The position numbers and the translations under genes are program-made. The notes below the pieces were generated by a model that saw nothing but the letters and a program-made list of their open reading frames with translations, did not search any database and was not told the DNA's origin. From the IMG/VR virus record IMGVR_UViG_3300035180_002210, positions 1 through 64,000 of that record: a DNA stretch of 64,000 nt; one strand, given 5' to 3'. The DNA comes from a virus. Below, piece after piece: positions 1 through 7,234 of the stretch. The first letter of the stretch is position 1. Each line of letters starts with the position of its first letter.

Positions 1-216
1 GGCCTCCTGCAGCTTTATTCCGGAAGAGACTGGGATTAGGGTATGCAGTGTCTGATTGCGGCGTTTTTTGTATAGAAATTCTTCCTTCCAGCGCTTCATT
101 TCGGCATTGGTAGCATTAAGCCCAAGCGATGTAGGTTTTGAATCCGGCTTGCCTTTTATGGAATCATAGTACCGAAAGTATAGTTTTTTACCCCGGGGAA
201 AGAACCCTTTAATCAT
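1..216 (-). CDS. Partial ORF, probable N-terminus (arm-binding region) of a tyrosine integrase
   Basis: ATG at 216 after GGGGGC; reads MIKGFFPRGKKLYFRYYDSIKGKPDSKPTSLGLNAT... and stays open to the window edge. The YFRY...SLGL pattern and the position at the end of the repressor operon fit an integrase. No catalytic residues are visible. Confidence 0.5.
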   Translation of the reverse strand, partial: MIKGFFPRGKKLYFRYYDSIKGKPDSKPTSLGLNATNAEMKRWKEEFLYKKRRNQTLHTLIPVSSGIKLQEA

Positions 217-225
217 TATTGCCCC

Positions 226-1092
226 CTAATAGTTAATTACTGCCGTAAATTCAAGCTTTGCATTGAAAGGCGTAAAATACTCGATTTCAATGTGATCTGG
301 TTTGATGGTAACTGACTTGACATAATTTGTCAATAAATCCATATCAGTAAAGTCCTTACGATAGGCAGGCGGTTTTGGAAGCATGAGCATTTTCAACAGA
401 TCCTGAATATCATTAAGCTTTGCAGGAAGTTCCGTAAAGTATTTTTTATCCCGTTTCTTGAGCAGTTTGGTTTGTTTTTCAATCCGGGCCCGGGTTGCCT
501 CGAGATAGCTGAGATAATAGCTGTTAAATTTCCCGGTAACGGAGCGGATATGAGTTAAAATAGCCTTATTTACCGCATCCTGCCTATAGGTTTTGGCATC
601 ACAGGTGTCTTTCCCTTTTGAGAGCCGCCCTGTACAAATGTAATAATCGTGAATTGGGGTTTTTGCCACCCTCAATTTTGAGCCACAGAGGCCACAGCGG
701 GCGCCACCCCAGCCGGTTAGCAAATAGGACTGGCGCTTGCCAAGGATCCGTTTTTTCTTTTTCAGACTCATTAAGGCCGTAAATTGTTCTTCAGTGATCA
801 ACCGCGGCCAATTGCCTGCTTCACCGGTTTTATAGAACCCACGATAGAATTTGAGCCGGTCAGCAGCGAGGACGTACCCCACGGTAATTTCATACCAGGA
901 TTTTCCCCTGCGGGTTTTGTACCCGTGTGTGTTAAGATAATTGGCAATTTTACTTATCCCGAAGCCATCATTCATGGCCAGAGAAAGAATGAGTTTTACA
1001 ATTGCTGATTCAGCGGGGAAAACTTCTATTGTTTTTGTGTCTTTATTGAAGCGGTAACCGTAAGGGATTCCGCCGGATTTCCAAGTTTGCAT
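226..1092 (-). CDS. Large serine recombinase-like protein with recombinase and zinc-ribbon domains only (no catalytic resolvase domain)
   Basis: Begins at GGIPYGY, then IANYLNTHGYKTRRGKSW and LLTG..RCGLCGSKL..YYICTGR..C. No N-terminal YxRxS catalytic motif. Confidence 0.8.
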   Translation of the reverse strand: MQTWKSGGIPYGYRFNKDTKTIEVFPAESAIVKLILSLAMNDGFGISKIANYLNTHGYKTRRGKSWYEITVGYVLAADRLKFYRGFYKTGEAGNWPRLITEEQFTALMSLKKKKRILGKRQSYLLTGWGGARCGLCGSKLRVAKTPIHDYYICTGRLSKGKDTCDAKTYRQDAVNKAILTHIRSVTGKFNSYYLSYLEATRARIEKQTKLLKKRDKKYFTELPAKLNDIQDLLKMLMLPKPPAYRKDFTDMDLLTNYVKSVTIKPDHIEIEYFTPFNAKLEFTAVINY

Positions 1093-1094
1093 GA

Positions 1095-1484
1095 CTATTT
1101 AAACACTCCTCCACCAGTATTAATTTTTGTGATTAATAAAAGGTAGGTACCGGAATCACGGATTATTTTGCCATAAATATCTGCGGAATAACTATAATTA
1201 TCATTGATATCAGCTTTGATAAGCTGCTTGAAAATGTTTTTTGTGGTTACGGCATCGCAGTTTGGGACTATAATTTCACTACCAGCGTGAGACTCTTTTA
1301 GATACAAACGGAAATATTTGTCGCCTCCTCCGATTGCATGATTTGGACGAAAATAAATGTTGCTGAATACAAGGTTTTTGCCGAGATAATCTTTTGGAAA
1401 GTTCAGTACATCGGCAATACTGGCTGTTTTTTGAGCAAAAACGAGTCCTGAAAATAGTACAAACGTTATTAAAATTATTTTCAT
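1095..1484 (-). CDS. Exported protein, paralog of 2369-2785
   Basis: Signal peptide ending VFA|Q; shares FPKDYL.KNL.F.NIYFR with 2369-2785. Confidence 0.8.
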   Translation of the reverse strand: MKIILITFVLFSGLVFAQKTASIADVLNFPKDYLGKNLVFSNIYFRPNHAIGGGDKYFRLYLKESHAGSEIIVPNCDAVTTKNIFKQLIKADINDNYSYSADIYGKIIRDSGTYLLLITKINTGGGVFK

Positions 1485-1660
1485 AAATCTTTCTCCAATA
1501 CTTTTTCGAATAAGTTTGGAGCATCGGGTACAAAGTCTAAATAATCGCGCTTGGAGTTGAAGGGGGGATCGATATAAACGAGATCGATAAGCCCGTCCGG
1601 ATGAGCTTTAGTGAGTTCTTTGAGGACTTCAAGACAGTCGGCAAAATAGAGCTTATTCAT
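1481..1660 (-). pseudogene. 59-aa remnant of an N4/N6 DNA methyltransferase
   Basis: MNKLYFADCLEVLKEL...IDLVYIDPPFNSKRDY (motif IV, DPPF) followed by a short tail and stop. Abuts the cI stop codon and overlaps the next start (ATGA). Confidence 0.8.
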
Positions 1661-2302
1661 CTACATTTTCTCCAGTCTTGGCTGGCGGGCTACTACCCTG
1701 AACATTGCCTGAATTTCTTCCCTATCGGCAAAAATAGCCGGGTATTCGGAGTTAAATGAATGCAGCTCAACCGATCCGTTCTTGTTAATGTGCAACTTCT
1801 TAACCATTTGACGGTCCGAAAGAATGACAACTACAATATCGCCGCTGAGAGGGGTTTCCTTCGGGTCCACGAGGACAAGATCCCCGGGATGAAGGCGCGG
1901 GGCCATACTTTCGCCTTCAACAACTACGCAAAAACAACTGTTTTTTTTATGGTAATCGATAAATACAGTACCAACAACATCTGAGTCCTCAAAGATCATT
2001 TCGCTACCAGCCCTTACCTTGCCCACAATTGGATACCAATGCCCCTGGGCAATGGAAACATCGGATATTAGATTAGTGCCGTCATTGATTGGCGGCGTGA
2101 ATGTACTTTCAGTACCGGTGAGGAGCCAATCGAGAGTACACTTTCCTAAATCTGCTATTTTAAGCAATGTCTTGATATCTGGCTGGCGTATATTCGTTTC
2201 CCATGAAGAAATGGTTGCCTGTTTGACATCAAACATGTCCGCAAATTCCTGCTGGTTTTTACCCATCATTTTACGGATGGATGAGATTCTTTCTCCTAAC
2301 AT
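1661..2302 (-). CDS. cI: CI-like repressor (XRE HTH plus S24 peptidase)
   Basis: HTH NQQEFADMFDVKQATISSWETN; cleavage site VRAG; catalytic GESM and MVKK motifs. Confidence 0.93.
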   Translation of the reverse strand: MLGERISSIRKMMGKNQQEFADMFDVKQATISSWETNIRQPDIKTLLKIADLGKCTLDWLLTGTESTFTPPINDGTNLISDVSIAQGHWYPIVGKVRAGSEMIFEDSDVVGTVFIDYHKKNSCFCVVVEGESMAPRLHPGDLVLVDPKETPLSGDIVVVILSDRQMVKKLHINKNGSVELHSFNSEYPAIFADREEIQAMFRVVARQPRLEKM

Positions 2303-2368
2303 TCGGCGTTCAAAAGCATTTATTTATAATAATCTGTCTTAATTATAGAATACAAGTTTGCAAGATGT

Positions 2369-2785
2369 CTATTTAATAGTTGTAATTGAGCCATCGAAAT
2401 GAATTACATCAATTTTCGATATTCGCAGATAATAACAATAAGAGGAAAAGCAATTTACTCGAACCATTTTGCCTACCAGATTAGCGTTTGTAAGATCGTC
2501 ATGGGTAACGCCATATTTAGTCAATTGTCTATACATATTTTTTGTTATGGACACGTTCGCCTCACCGCCGATTAAAGAGCTATTTGCTCTCTCATACATA
2601 TATAAGATCATGTTTTTCCCCTCATCAGGAGTTGCAGAAGTCAGTCGGAAATAAATATTCTCAAATGCAAGATTCTTGTTTAAATAATCCTTTGGGAAGG
2701 TACAAACATCAGTAATGTCAGAAACCTTTTGAGCAAAGGCGTATGAACAGAATAATAATACAAAAATCGTGATGGAAAGCTTCAT
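2369..2785 (-). CDS. Exported protein, paralog of 1095-1484
   Basis: Signal peptide ending AFA|Q; motifs FPKDYLNKNLAFENIYFR, TKNMYRQL and YYLRISKI are mirrored in the paralog. Confidence 0.8.
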   Translation of the reverse strand: MKLSITIFVLLFCSYAFAQKVSDITDVCTFPKDYLNKNLAFENIYFRLTSATPDEGKNMILYMYERANSSLIGGEANVSITKNMYRQLTKYGVTHDDLTNANLVGKMVRVNCFSSYCYYLRISKIDVIHFDGSITTIK

Positions 2786-2838
2786 TTCGCGCTTATTATT
2801 AAGTTTTTAAATAAATATTGAAAATGTTAATAAAAAAC

Positions 2839-2867
2839 TTGACAGATACAACACATAGTTGTATATT
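2839..2867 (+). promoter_or_regulatory. Early rightward sigma70 promoter with overlapping palindromic operator
   Basis: TTGACA-17 nt-TATATT; inverted repeat ATACAAC-N5-GTTGTAT at 2846-2864; imperfect 20-bp direct repeat at 2871-2910. Confidence 0.8.
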
Positions 2868-2913
2868 TACAAAAGACATCAATAAATATTATAAAACATC
2901 AAAAAATATCGAC

Positions 2914-3162
2914 ATGAGCAAACAAAATAAAGCAAAGTCACTTAAAAAACAAAGCAAAATAAATATTGCTATCCCTGTTTTACTTCACGCCCGATTGCGG
3001 GATGAGGCTGAGTTCCAGGAACGACTTCAATATGCGGTTAACAGCCAAATTATTGAACTGGGCCTTATTAAGCTTGGCGAGTTGAGAGCTGCTGGCAAAT
3101 TAGATTTGAGCCGCGCAGCTTCGCCAGGTGAGCCACAACCTACACCCGCACATCAAAATTAA
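2914..3162 (+). CDS. Small DNA-binding regulator, ribbon-helix-helix-like, in the Cro position
   Basis: ATG 2914 lies downstream of the promoter; KINIAIPVLLHARLRDEAE...NSQIIELGL resembles an Arc/RHH fold. Confidence 0.55.
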   Translation: MSKQNKAKSLKKQSKINIAIPVLLHARLRDEAEFQERLQYAVNSQIIELGLIKLGELRAAGKLDLSRAASPGEPQPTPAHQN

Positions 3163-3224
3163 ACCGTAGCGAAAGATAATACAGGACAGTATATGACTTC
3201 AATAAGAATCCAATTGGAAAAGAA

Positions 3225-3500
3225 GTGGAAAGCGAAAGCAAATTGATGGAATTACTCAACGCCTTAGAAACAGCTATACTGAGGTTTGGGAGGGTACACC
3301 GGGAGACAGTAAAGAACCCCTACTGGTTCTTTGCGGAGAAATTAGGCTTTAAGAGCAAGAATTATTTTTACCAGATATTCCAGGAGCGGGATGAAACGAA
3401 GCTCCAGTACAAGCACTTATTGGAGATCGTAAGGATAACCAAGGACAAGGACTTGGCGCGGGCAGTATTTTCGGACGTGAAGGCGGCTTACCATGAGTAA
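3225..3500 (+). CDS. HTH-like phage regulatory protein (start may be ATG 3246)
   Basis: FAEKLGFKSKNYFYQ. A 17-codon leader ORF at 3193-3246 ends in TGATG, overlapping ATG 3246. Confidence 0.6.
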   Translation: MESESKLMELLNALETAILRFGRVHRETVKNPYWFFAEKLGFKSKNYFYQIFQERDETKLQYKHLLEIVRITKDKDLARAVFSDVKAAYHE

Positions 3501-3741
3501 AGTTAAAGAGATCAGATTGAGATTTAAGCCCGTTGAAGAAATGCTGGTAACCAAAGAAGTGGCGGCAGCGCTACTGAAAGTTTCGACTAATACGTTTTAC
3601 GATCGGTTTGTTAAACCCGGACTTCTTCCGGTAGTGATCCTGGATGAAGTTCAGCAGGCCCCCTTGTACTATTATGATGACATTAAACAACTAATCAATT
3701 CACGGAGAAAATATGTTACTCAGGACGAAAGCGAAAACTAA
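3493..3741 (+). CDS. Excisionase-like / HTH_17 DNA-binding protein
   Basis: LVTKEVAAALLKVSTNTFYDRFVKPGLLP...YYYDDIKQLI. Confidence 0.65.
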   Translation: MSKVKEIRLRFKPVEEMLVTKEVAAALLKVSTNTFYDRFVKPGLLPVVILDEVQQAPLYYYDDIKQLINSRRKYVTQDESEN

Positions 3742-3952
3742 CACACCATCACTAAGGGACAGAGCGACGGCATTACGGAATTTGGACAACCAGATTGAGG
3801 TACTGCGTAAGAAAGTGCACAAGCTGATCAACGGCTTACGTTACGATGAGCTGGCTAAACTCATGTGCGAGATCAGGGCCATTGAAGCGAAGCGACCTGC
3901 AAACTTTCCGGTGACTGTAGGTGAAATGCTGGAAATGGGAGCAATGCAATGA
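3713..3952 (+). CDS. Hypothetical coiled-coil protein
   Basis: 79-aa ORF overlapping its neighbours in the operon. Confidence 0.55.
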   Translation: MLLRTKAKTNTPSLRDRATALRNLDNQIEVLRKKVHKLINGLRYDELAKLMCEIRAIEAKRPANFPVTVGEMLEMGAMQ

Positions 3953-4122
3953 CAGCCGACAATGTTCTTTGCATAGTGATCTGGACGGTAGTTGTGTTTG
4001 CTTGCGGGTTCGTAATTGGTACTGTAAGGGCCAGACGCAAGGTTTACCTGGATTTGACAATAAAAAAATCCCCGGCAGCAATAGGGGGGGATTACTACCG
4101 AGGATTGGACAGAGAAAACTAA
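3949..4122 (+). CDS. 57-aa single-transmembrane protein
   Basis: ATGA overlap with the upstream stop; MTADNVLCIVIWTVVVFACGFVIGTVRARRKVY... (hydrophobic helix followed by basic residues). Confidence 0.6.
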   Translation: MTADNVLCIVIWTVVVFACGFVIGTVRARRKVYLDLTIKKSPAAIGGDYYRGLDREN

Positions 4123-4123
4123 C
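4058..4123 (-). ncRNA. Candidate ~65-nt antisense sRNA with intrinsic terminator
   Basis: Downstream of a minus-strand promoter; 16-bp stem (4067-4082/4091-4106) whose three mismatches become G.U pairs only on the minus strand; C7-containing loop; U-run tail. Confidence 0.65.
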
Positions 4124-4129
4124 AGCGGA

Positions 4130-4158
4130 AAGATATGCAAATAGTTTTCTTCTGTCAA
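4130..4158 (-). promoter_or_regulatory. Antisense sigma70 promoter
   Basis: TTGACA-17 nt-TATCTT on the minus strand. Confidence 0.75.
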
Positions 4159-4220
4159 GCAGAAGTTTTCAGATATTAACAAATAAAAGTTTCTATACAT
4201 TAATTAATAAAGGACAGAGC

Positions 4221-4889
4221 ATGAAACGGACAGCGTTTTTAGAGCAGTTTTCGTTAACGGAGGAATCACTCCGCGTAATCGAACCGGGCAAGGAATTGGA
4301 AGCAGTTAAGCGTAACGGCGATTCCCTCCGCTACGTGAAAGAACAGACACCGGAAGTTTGCCTGGAAGCAGTTAAGCAAGACGGCTATTCCCTCCGCTAC
4401 GTGAAAGAACAGACACCGGAAGTTTGCCTGGAAGCAGTTAAGCGTAACGGCTATTCCCTCCAATACGTGAAAGAACAGACACCGGAAGTTTGCCTGGAAG
4501 CAGTTAAGCGTAACGGCGATTCCCTCCAATACGTGAAAGAACAGACACCGGAAGTTTGCCTGGAAGCAGTTAAGCGTAACGGCGATTCCCTCCGCTACGT
4601 GAAAGAACAGACACCGGAAGTTTGCCTGGAAGCAGTTAAGCGTAACAGCTATTCCCTCCGCTACGTGAAAGAACAGACACCGGAAGTTTGCCTGGAAGCA
4701 GTTAAGCAAGACGGCTATTCCCTCCAATACGTGAAAGAACAGACACCGGAAGTTTGCCTGGAAGCAGTTAAGCGTAACGGCGATTCCCTCCGCTACGTGA
4801 AAGAACAGACACCGGAAGTTTGCATCGAGGCTGTGAAGATTGAAAAATCTGCGGCGGTTTACGTTGACTTGAAAATTTTTGAAGACTAA
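4221..4889 (+). CDS. Tandem 22-aa repeat protein (DUF4116-like)
   Basis: ATG 4221 after AGGACAG; eight EAVKxxGxSLxYVKEQTPEVCL units. Confidence 0.85.
   Translation: MKRTAFLEQFSLTEESLRVIEPGKELEAVKRNGDSLRYVKEQTPEVCLEAVKQDGYSLRYVKEQTPEVCLEAVKRNGYSLQYVKEQTPEVCLEAVKRNGDSLQYVKEQTPEVCLEAVKRNGDSLRYVKEQTPEVCLEAVKRNSYSLRYVKEQTPEVCLEAVKQDGYSLQYVKEQTPEVCLEAVKRNGDSLRYVKEQTPEVCIEAVKIEKSAAVYVDLKIFED
4299..4826 (+). repeat. 8 x 66-bp coding tandem repeat
   Basis: Unit GAAGCAGTTAAG...GAAGTTTGCCTG; copies start at 4299, 4365 and so on. Confidence 0.97.
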
Positions 4890-4910
4890 AACGAGAATAA
4901 GGACAGTAAA

Positions 4911-6056
4911 ATGACAGGACTAACAAAACCGGCGGGAGGAAGCCAGGGACAGGCAGGGGGAATGAGCACGGCGCTATCCACGCTTTCCAATAAGCTTATC
5001 AGCAACAATTCCGAGCTTAGCGCGCTCTTGGAAGATGCCAGAAAGGTATCAATCCCATTGATCCCCGAGACAACCCAGTTCACCGATCCCTATATACGGG
5101 TAGGGTTGACCTTCGTTCGCGTAAAAACCGAGTTTGCTCCTAAAAAGAAGTGGGATGAGAAAAAAAGAGCAATGGCAGAAACCGGAGAATTTGAAAGCAC
5201 GAACGGCGATATCTATAAAACCGATAACGGGCAATACGCACTACATCATACCAAGCTGAATGAAATTGCAAAGGCAGGCGGGGTTCAGATATACCACTCT
5301 TCCGTTGAAGAGCGCCAGCGAGACGATAAGGGTCTTGTTGTTTTCATTTCACACCTGGTTAAAGCAAAATGGCGTTCGGTTGACGGTGTTTATCATGATG
5401 AGGCGATCACCGGCACATACGATTACTATTCGGACGTAAAATCTAAAACACAGGCGAATGCGGACCGGCGCAGGAACAACGCGGATGCACTGGCAGAAAC
5501 CAAGGCGTTAAACCGGTTATTCAGAAAAGCTATTCCTCAGTTTTTGGGAAGCTACCCATTAGAGGAATTAAAAAAACCTTTTGCCGTTCCATTTGTAATT
5601 GATGACCAGAAGGCTTTGCTGGATTCCCTCGATCCCGATGATAGAAAGTTAGTTCACAAGCGTTTGACAGAGCAGCGCCTTGGGCTTATTAAGGATATGA
5701 CACCCGAAAGGCATATCGAGGATGCTGAAATTGTTACTCCAAAGCCACAGACTACCGAAGGGCCTGCAGGGCTGGATCCAACTAAAGAGGTGAAACCGCC
5801 AGAACCACAGGCGCCGCAGGCAGCGACAATACTTAGCCCGGAGGAGGAAATTAATCTTACTCTGAATGAGTACCGGAACACCGAGCAGAAGTACCGGACC
5901 AAGGGAATGATTGAGCTTCAATTATCGAAAGAGATTGACGATAAGAGCGCGAACGTGACCGAAGAACAGTTTGAGAAAGCATCGGTTGAAGATCAGATTA
6001 AGTTCCTGAGCAAGCTTTTACACGCGCCTAAAAAGCAGGAAGGATTGCCTATATGA
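4911..6056 (+). CDS. Hypothetical protein, possible single-strand annealing/recombination protein
   Basis: Immediately upstream of sbcD/sbcC; ALAETKALNRLFRKA motif and Pro/acidic C-terminal linker recall phage SSAPs (positional inference). Confidence 0.45.
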   Translation: MTGLTKPAGGSQGQAGGMSTALSTLSNKLISNNSELSALLEDARKVSIPLIPETTQFTDPYIRVGLTFVRVKTEFAPKKKWDEKKRAMAETGEFESTNGDIYKTDNGQYALHHTKLNEIAKAGGVQIYHSSVEERQRDDKGLVVFISHLVKAKWRSVDGVYHDEAITGTYDYYSDVKSKTQANADRRRNNADALAETKALNRLFRKAIPQFLGSYPLEELKKPFAVPFVIDDQKALLDSLDPDDRKLVHKRLTEQRLGLIKDMTPERHIEDAEIVTPKPQTTEGPAGLDPTKEVKPPEPQAPQAATILSPEEEINLTLNEYRNTEQKYRTKGMIELQLSKEIDDKSANVTEEQFEKASVEDQIKFLSKLLHAPKKQEGLPI

Positions 6057-7234
6057 GCAATTTAACCATCCTGCATACAGGGGACTGGCATGCTGACGTA
6101 GATCCGGTAAAGCGGAAGAAGCTTGCTCTTTCGCTGAAAGAAATACTTGAATACGTCCAAAGTAACCATGTAGACGCGATTGTTCACACGGGTGATATAT
6201 GGGAGCGCATGCAGAATTTTGCCGGCAAATCCGGCGCGCCATTAATCCGCTACTACCTCCGGCAATTAGCTAAGCACGTTAAGCACATCCATATCAATAA
6301 GGGTAATAACGAGCATGACCAGCCGGGGAGCATTGAACTTCTTGATCAGCTGCTGCCGAACATTCATGCAACGGAGGTGATCTCAGTTTCCGCCGTAAGA
6401 GGGGAATTCATGTACGATATGTTGAACGGGCCGATTGCTCCAACGGAACCGGACTATATTATAGCTTCAGTACCCTACCCGACAAAGGCAATGTTCATCA
6501 CCCAGGACAGCATTGATAATAACAATGCCAATTTCATTGAGAAGTTTGAGCAGGTTTTTGACCTGATAGCGGACACATGGAGCGGTTATACCTGCCCTAA
6601 GATCCTCAACTTTCACGGGAATGTACAAAGTTCCCGGTTGAACTCCGGACAGACTTTAGTTTCGCAGGACATCATGGTTGCGCCACAGACTTTGATGCGG
6701 GCACATGCGGACTATGCAGCTTTAGGCCATATCCATTTGCGGCAGGAGATCATGGGGAATATGGTTTACAGCGGCAGCGCGTTCAACAAGAACTGGGGAG
6801 AAACCGACGCAAAGAGCTTTGAGATTGTAGAATTTGAGACATTCCCTGCAATAACGGTAAATCACTTTCCGGTGTATTTCACCAACGCCAGGCCAATGGT
6901 TAAAGTTGCCGCGGTTCTGCAGGAAGACGGTGAACTTGCCTATGAAGAATATGAAGCCATCGAAGGCGCGGAATACCGAGTTCGCATATCAATACACGAA
7001 ACATTAAAGCTTCTTTACACCGAAACGCTGAAACAATCGTTGAGGTTGAAATTCGGTGATGATGTGAAGATTGAAGATATCACTATTCCAGTGCAGCGCG
7101 ATACGCGGTCCGAAACTATAATGGACTGCAAGGACCTGAAAGAGGAAGTAGTTGAATACAACACGGTTGTTAAGGAAGAGACTACGCCGGGCATGATTAC
7201 CAAGGTATTTCAAGTTATGAGGGAGTGTGCATAA
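6053..7234 (+). CDS. sbcD: SbcD/Mre11-like metallophosphoesterase nuclease
   Basis: HTGDWH, HTGD, GNNEHD, FHG, ALGHIH and YSGS motifs. Confidence 0.92.
   Translation: MSNLTILHTGDWHADVDPVKRKKLALSLKEILEYVQSNHVDAIVHTGDIWERMQNFAGKSGAPLIRYYLRQLAKHVKHIHINKGNNEHDQPGSIELLDQLLPNIHATEVISVSAVRGEFMYDMLNGPIAPTEPDYIIASVPYPTKAMFITQDSIDNNNANFIEKFEQVFDLIADTWSGYTCPKILNFHGNVQSSRLNSGQTLVSQDIMVAPQTLMRAHADYAALGHIHLRQEIMGNMVYSGSAFNKNWGETDAKSFEIVEFETFPAITVNHFPVYFTNARPMVKVAAVLQEDGELAYEEYEAIEGAEYRVRISIHETLKLLYTETLKQSLRLKFGDDVKIEDITIPVQRDTRSETIMDCKDLKEEVVEYNTVVKEETTPGMITKVFQVMRECA

Noticed and set aside
2818-2913. Upstream extension of the RHH-like ORF
   Set aside because: It runs through the promoter and operator; ATG 2914 is the plausible start.
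3921-4220. N-terminal 100 aa of the supplied 322-aa ORF
   Set aside because: The RBS and ATG at 4221 give a better start; the upstream part overlaps a separate small ORF, a promoter and an sRNA.
4266-4727. 153-aa minus-strand repeat ORF
   Set aside because: Shadow of the 66-bp repeat; no independent start signals.
4299-4826. Possible CRISPR array or DGR template/variable repeat
   Set aside because: The units are contiguous with no unique spacers, lie in frame in a protein, do not vary in an adenine-specific way, and no cas or reverse transcriptase gene is in the window.
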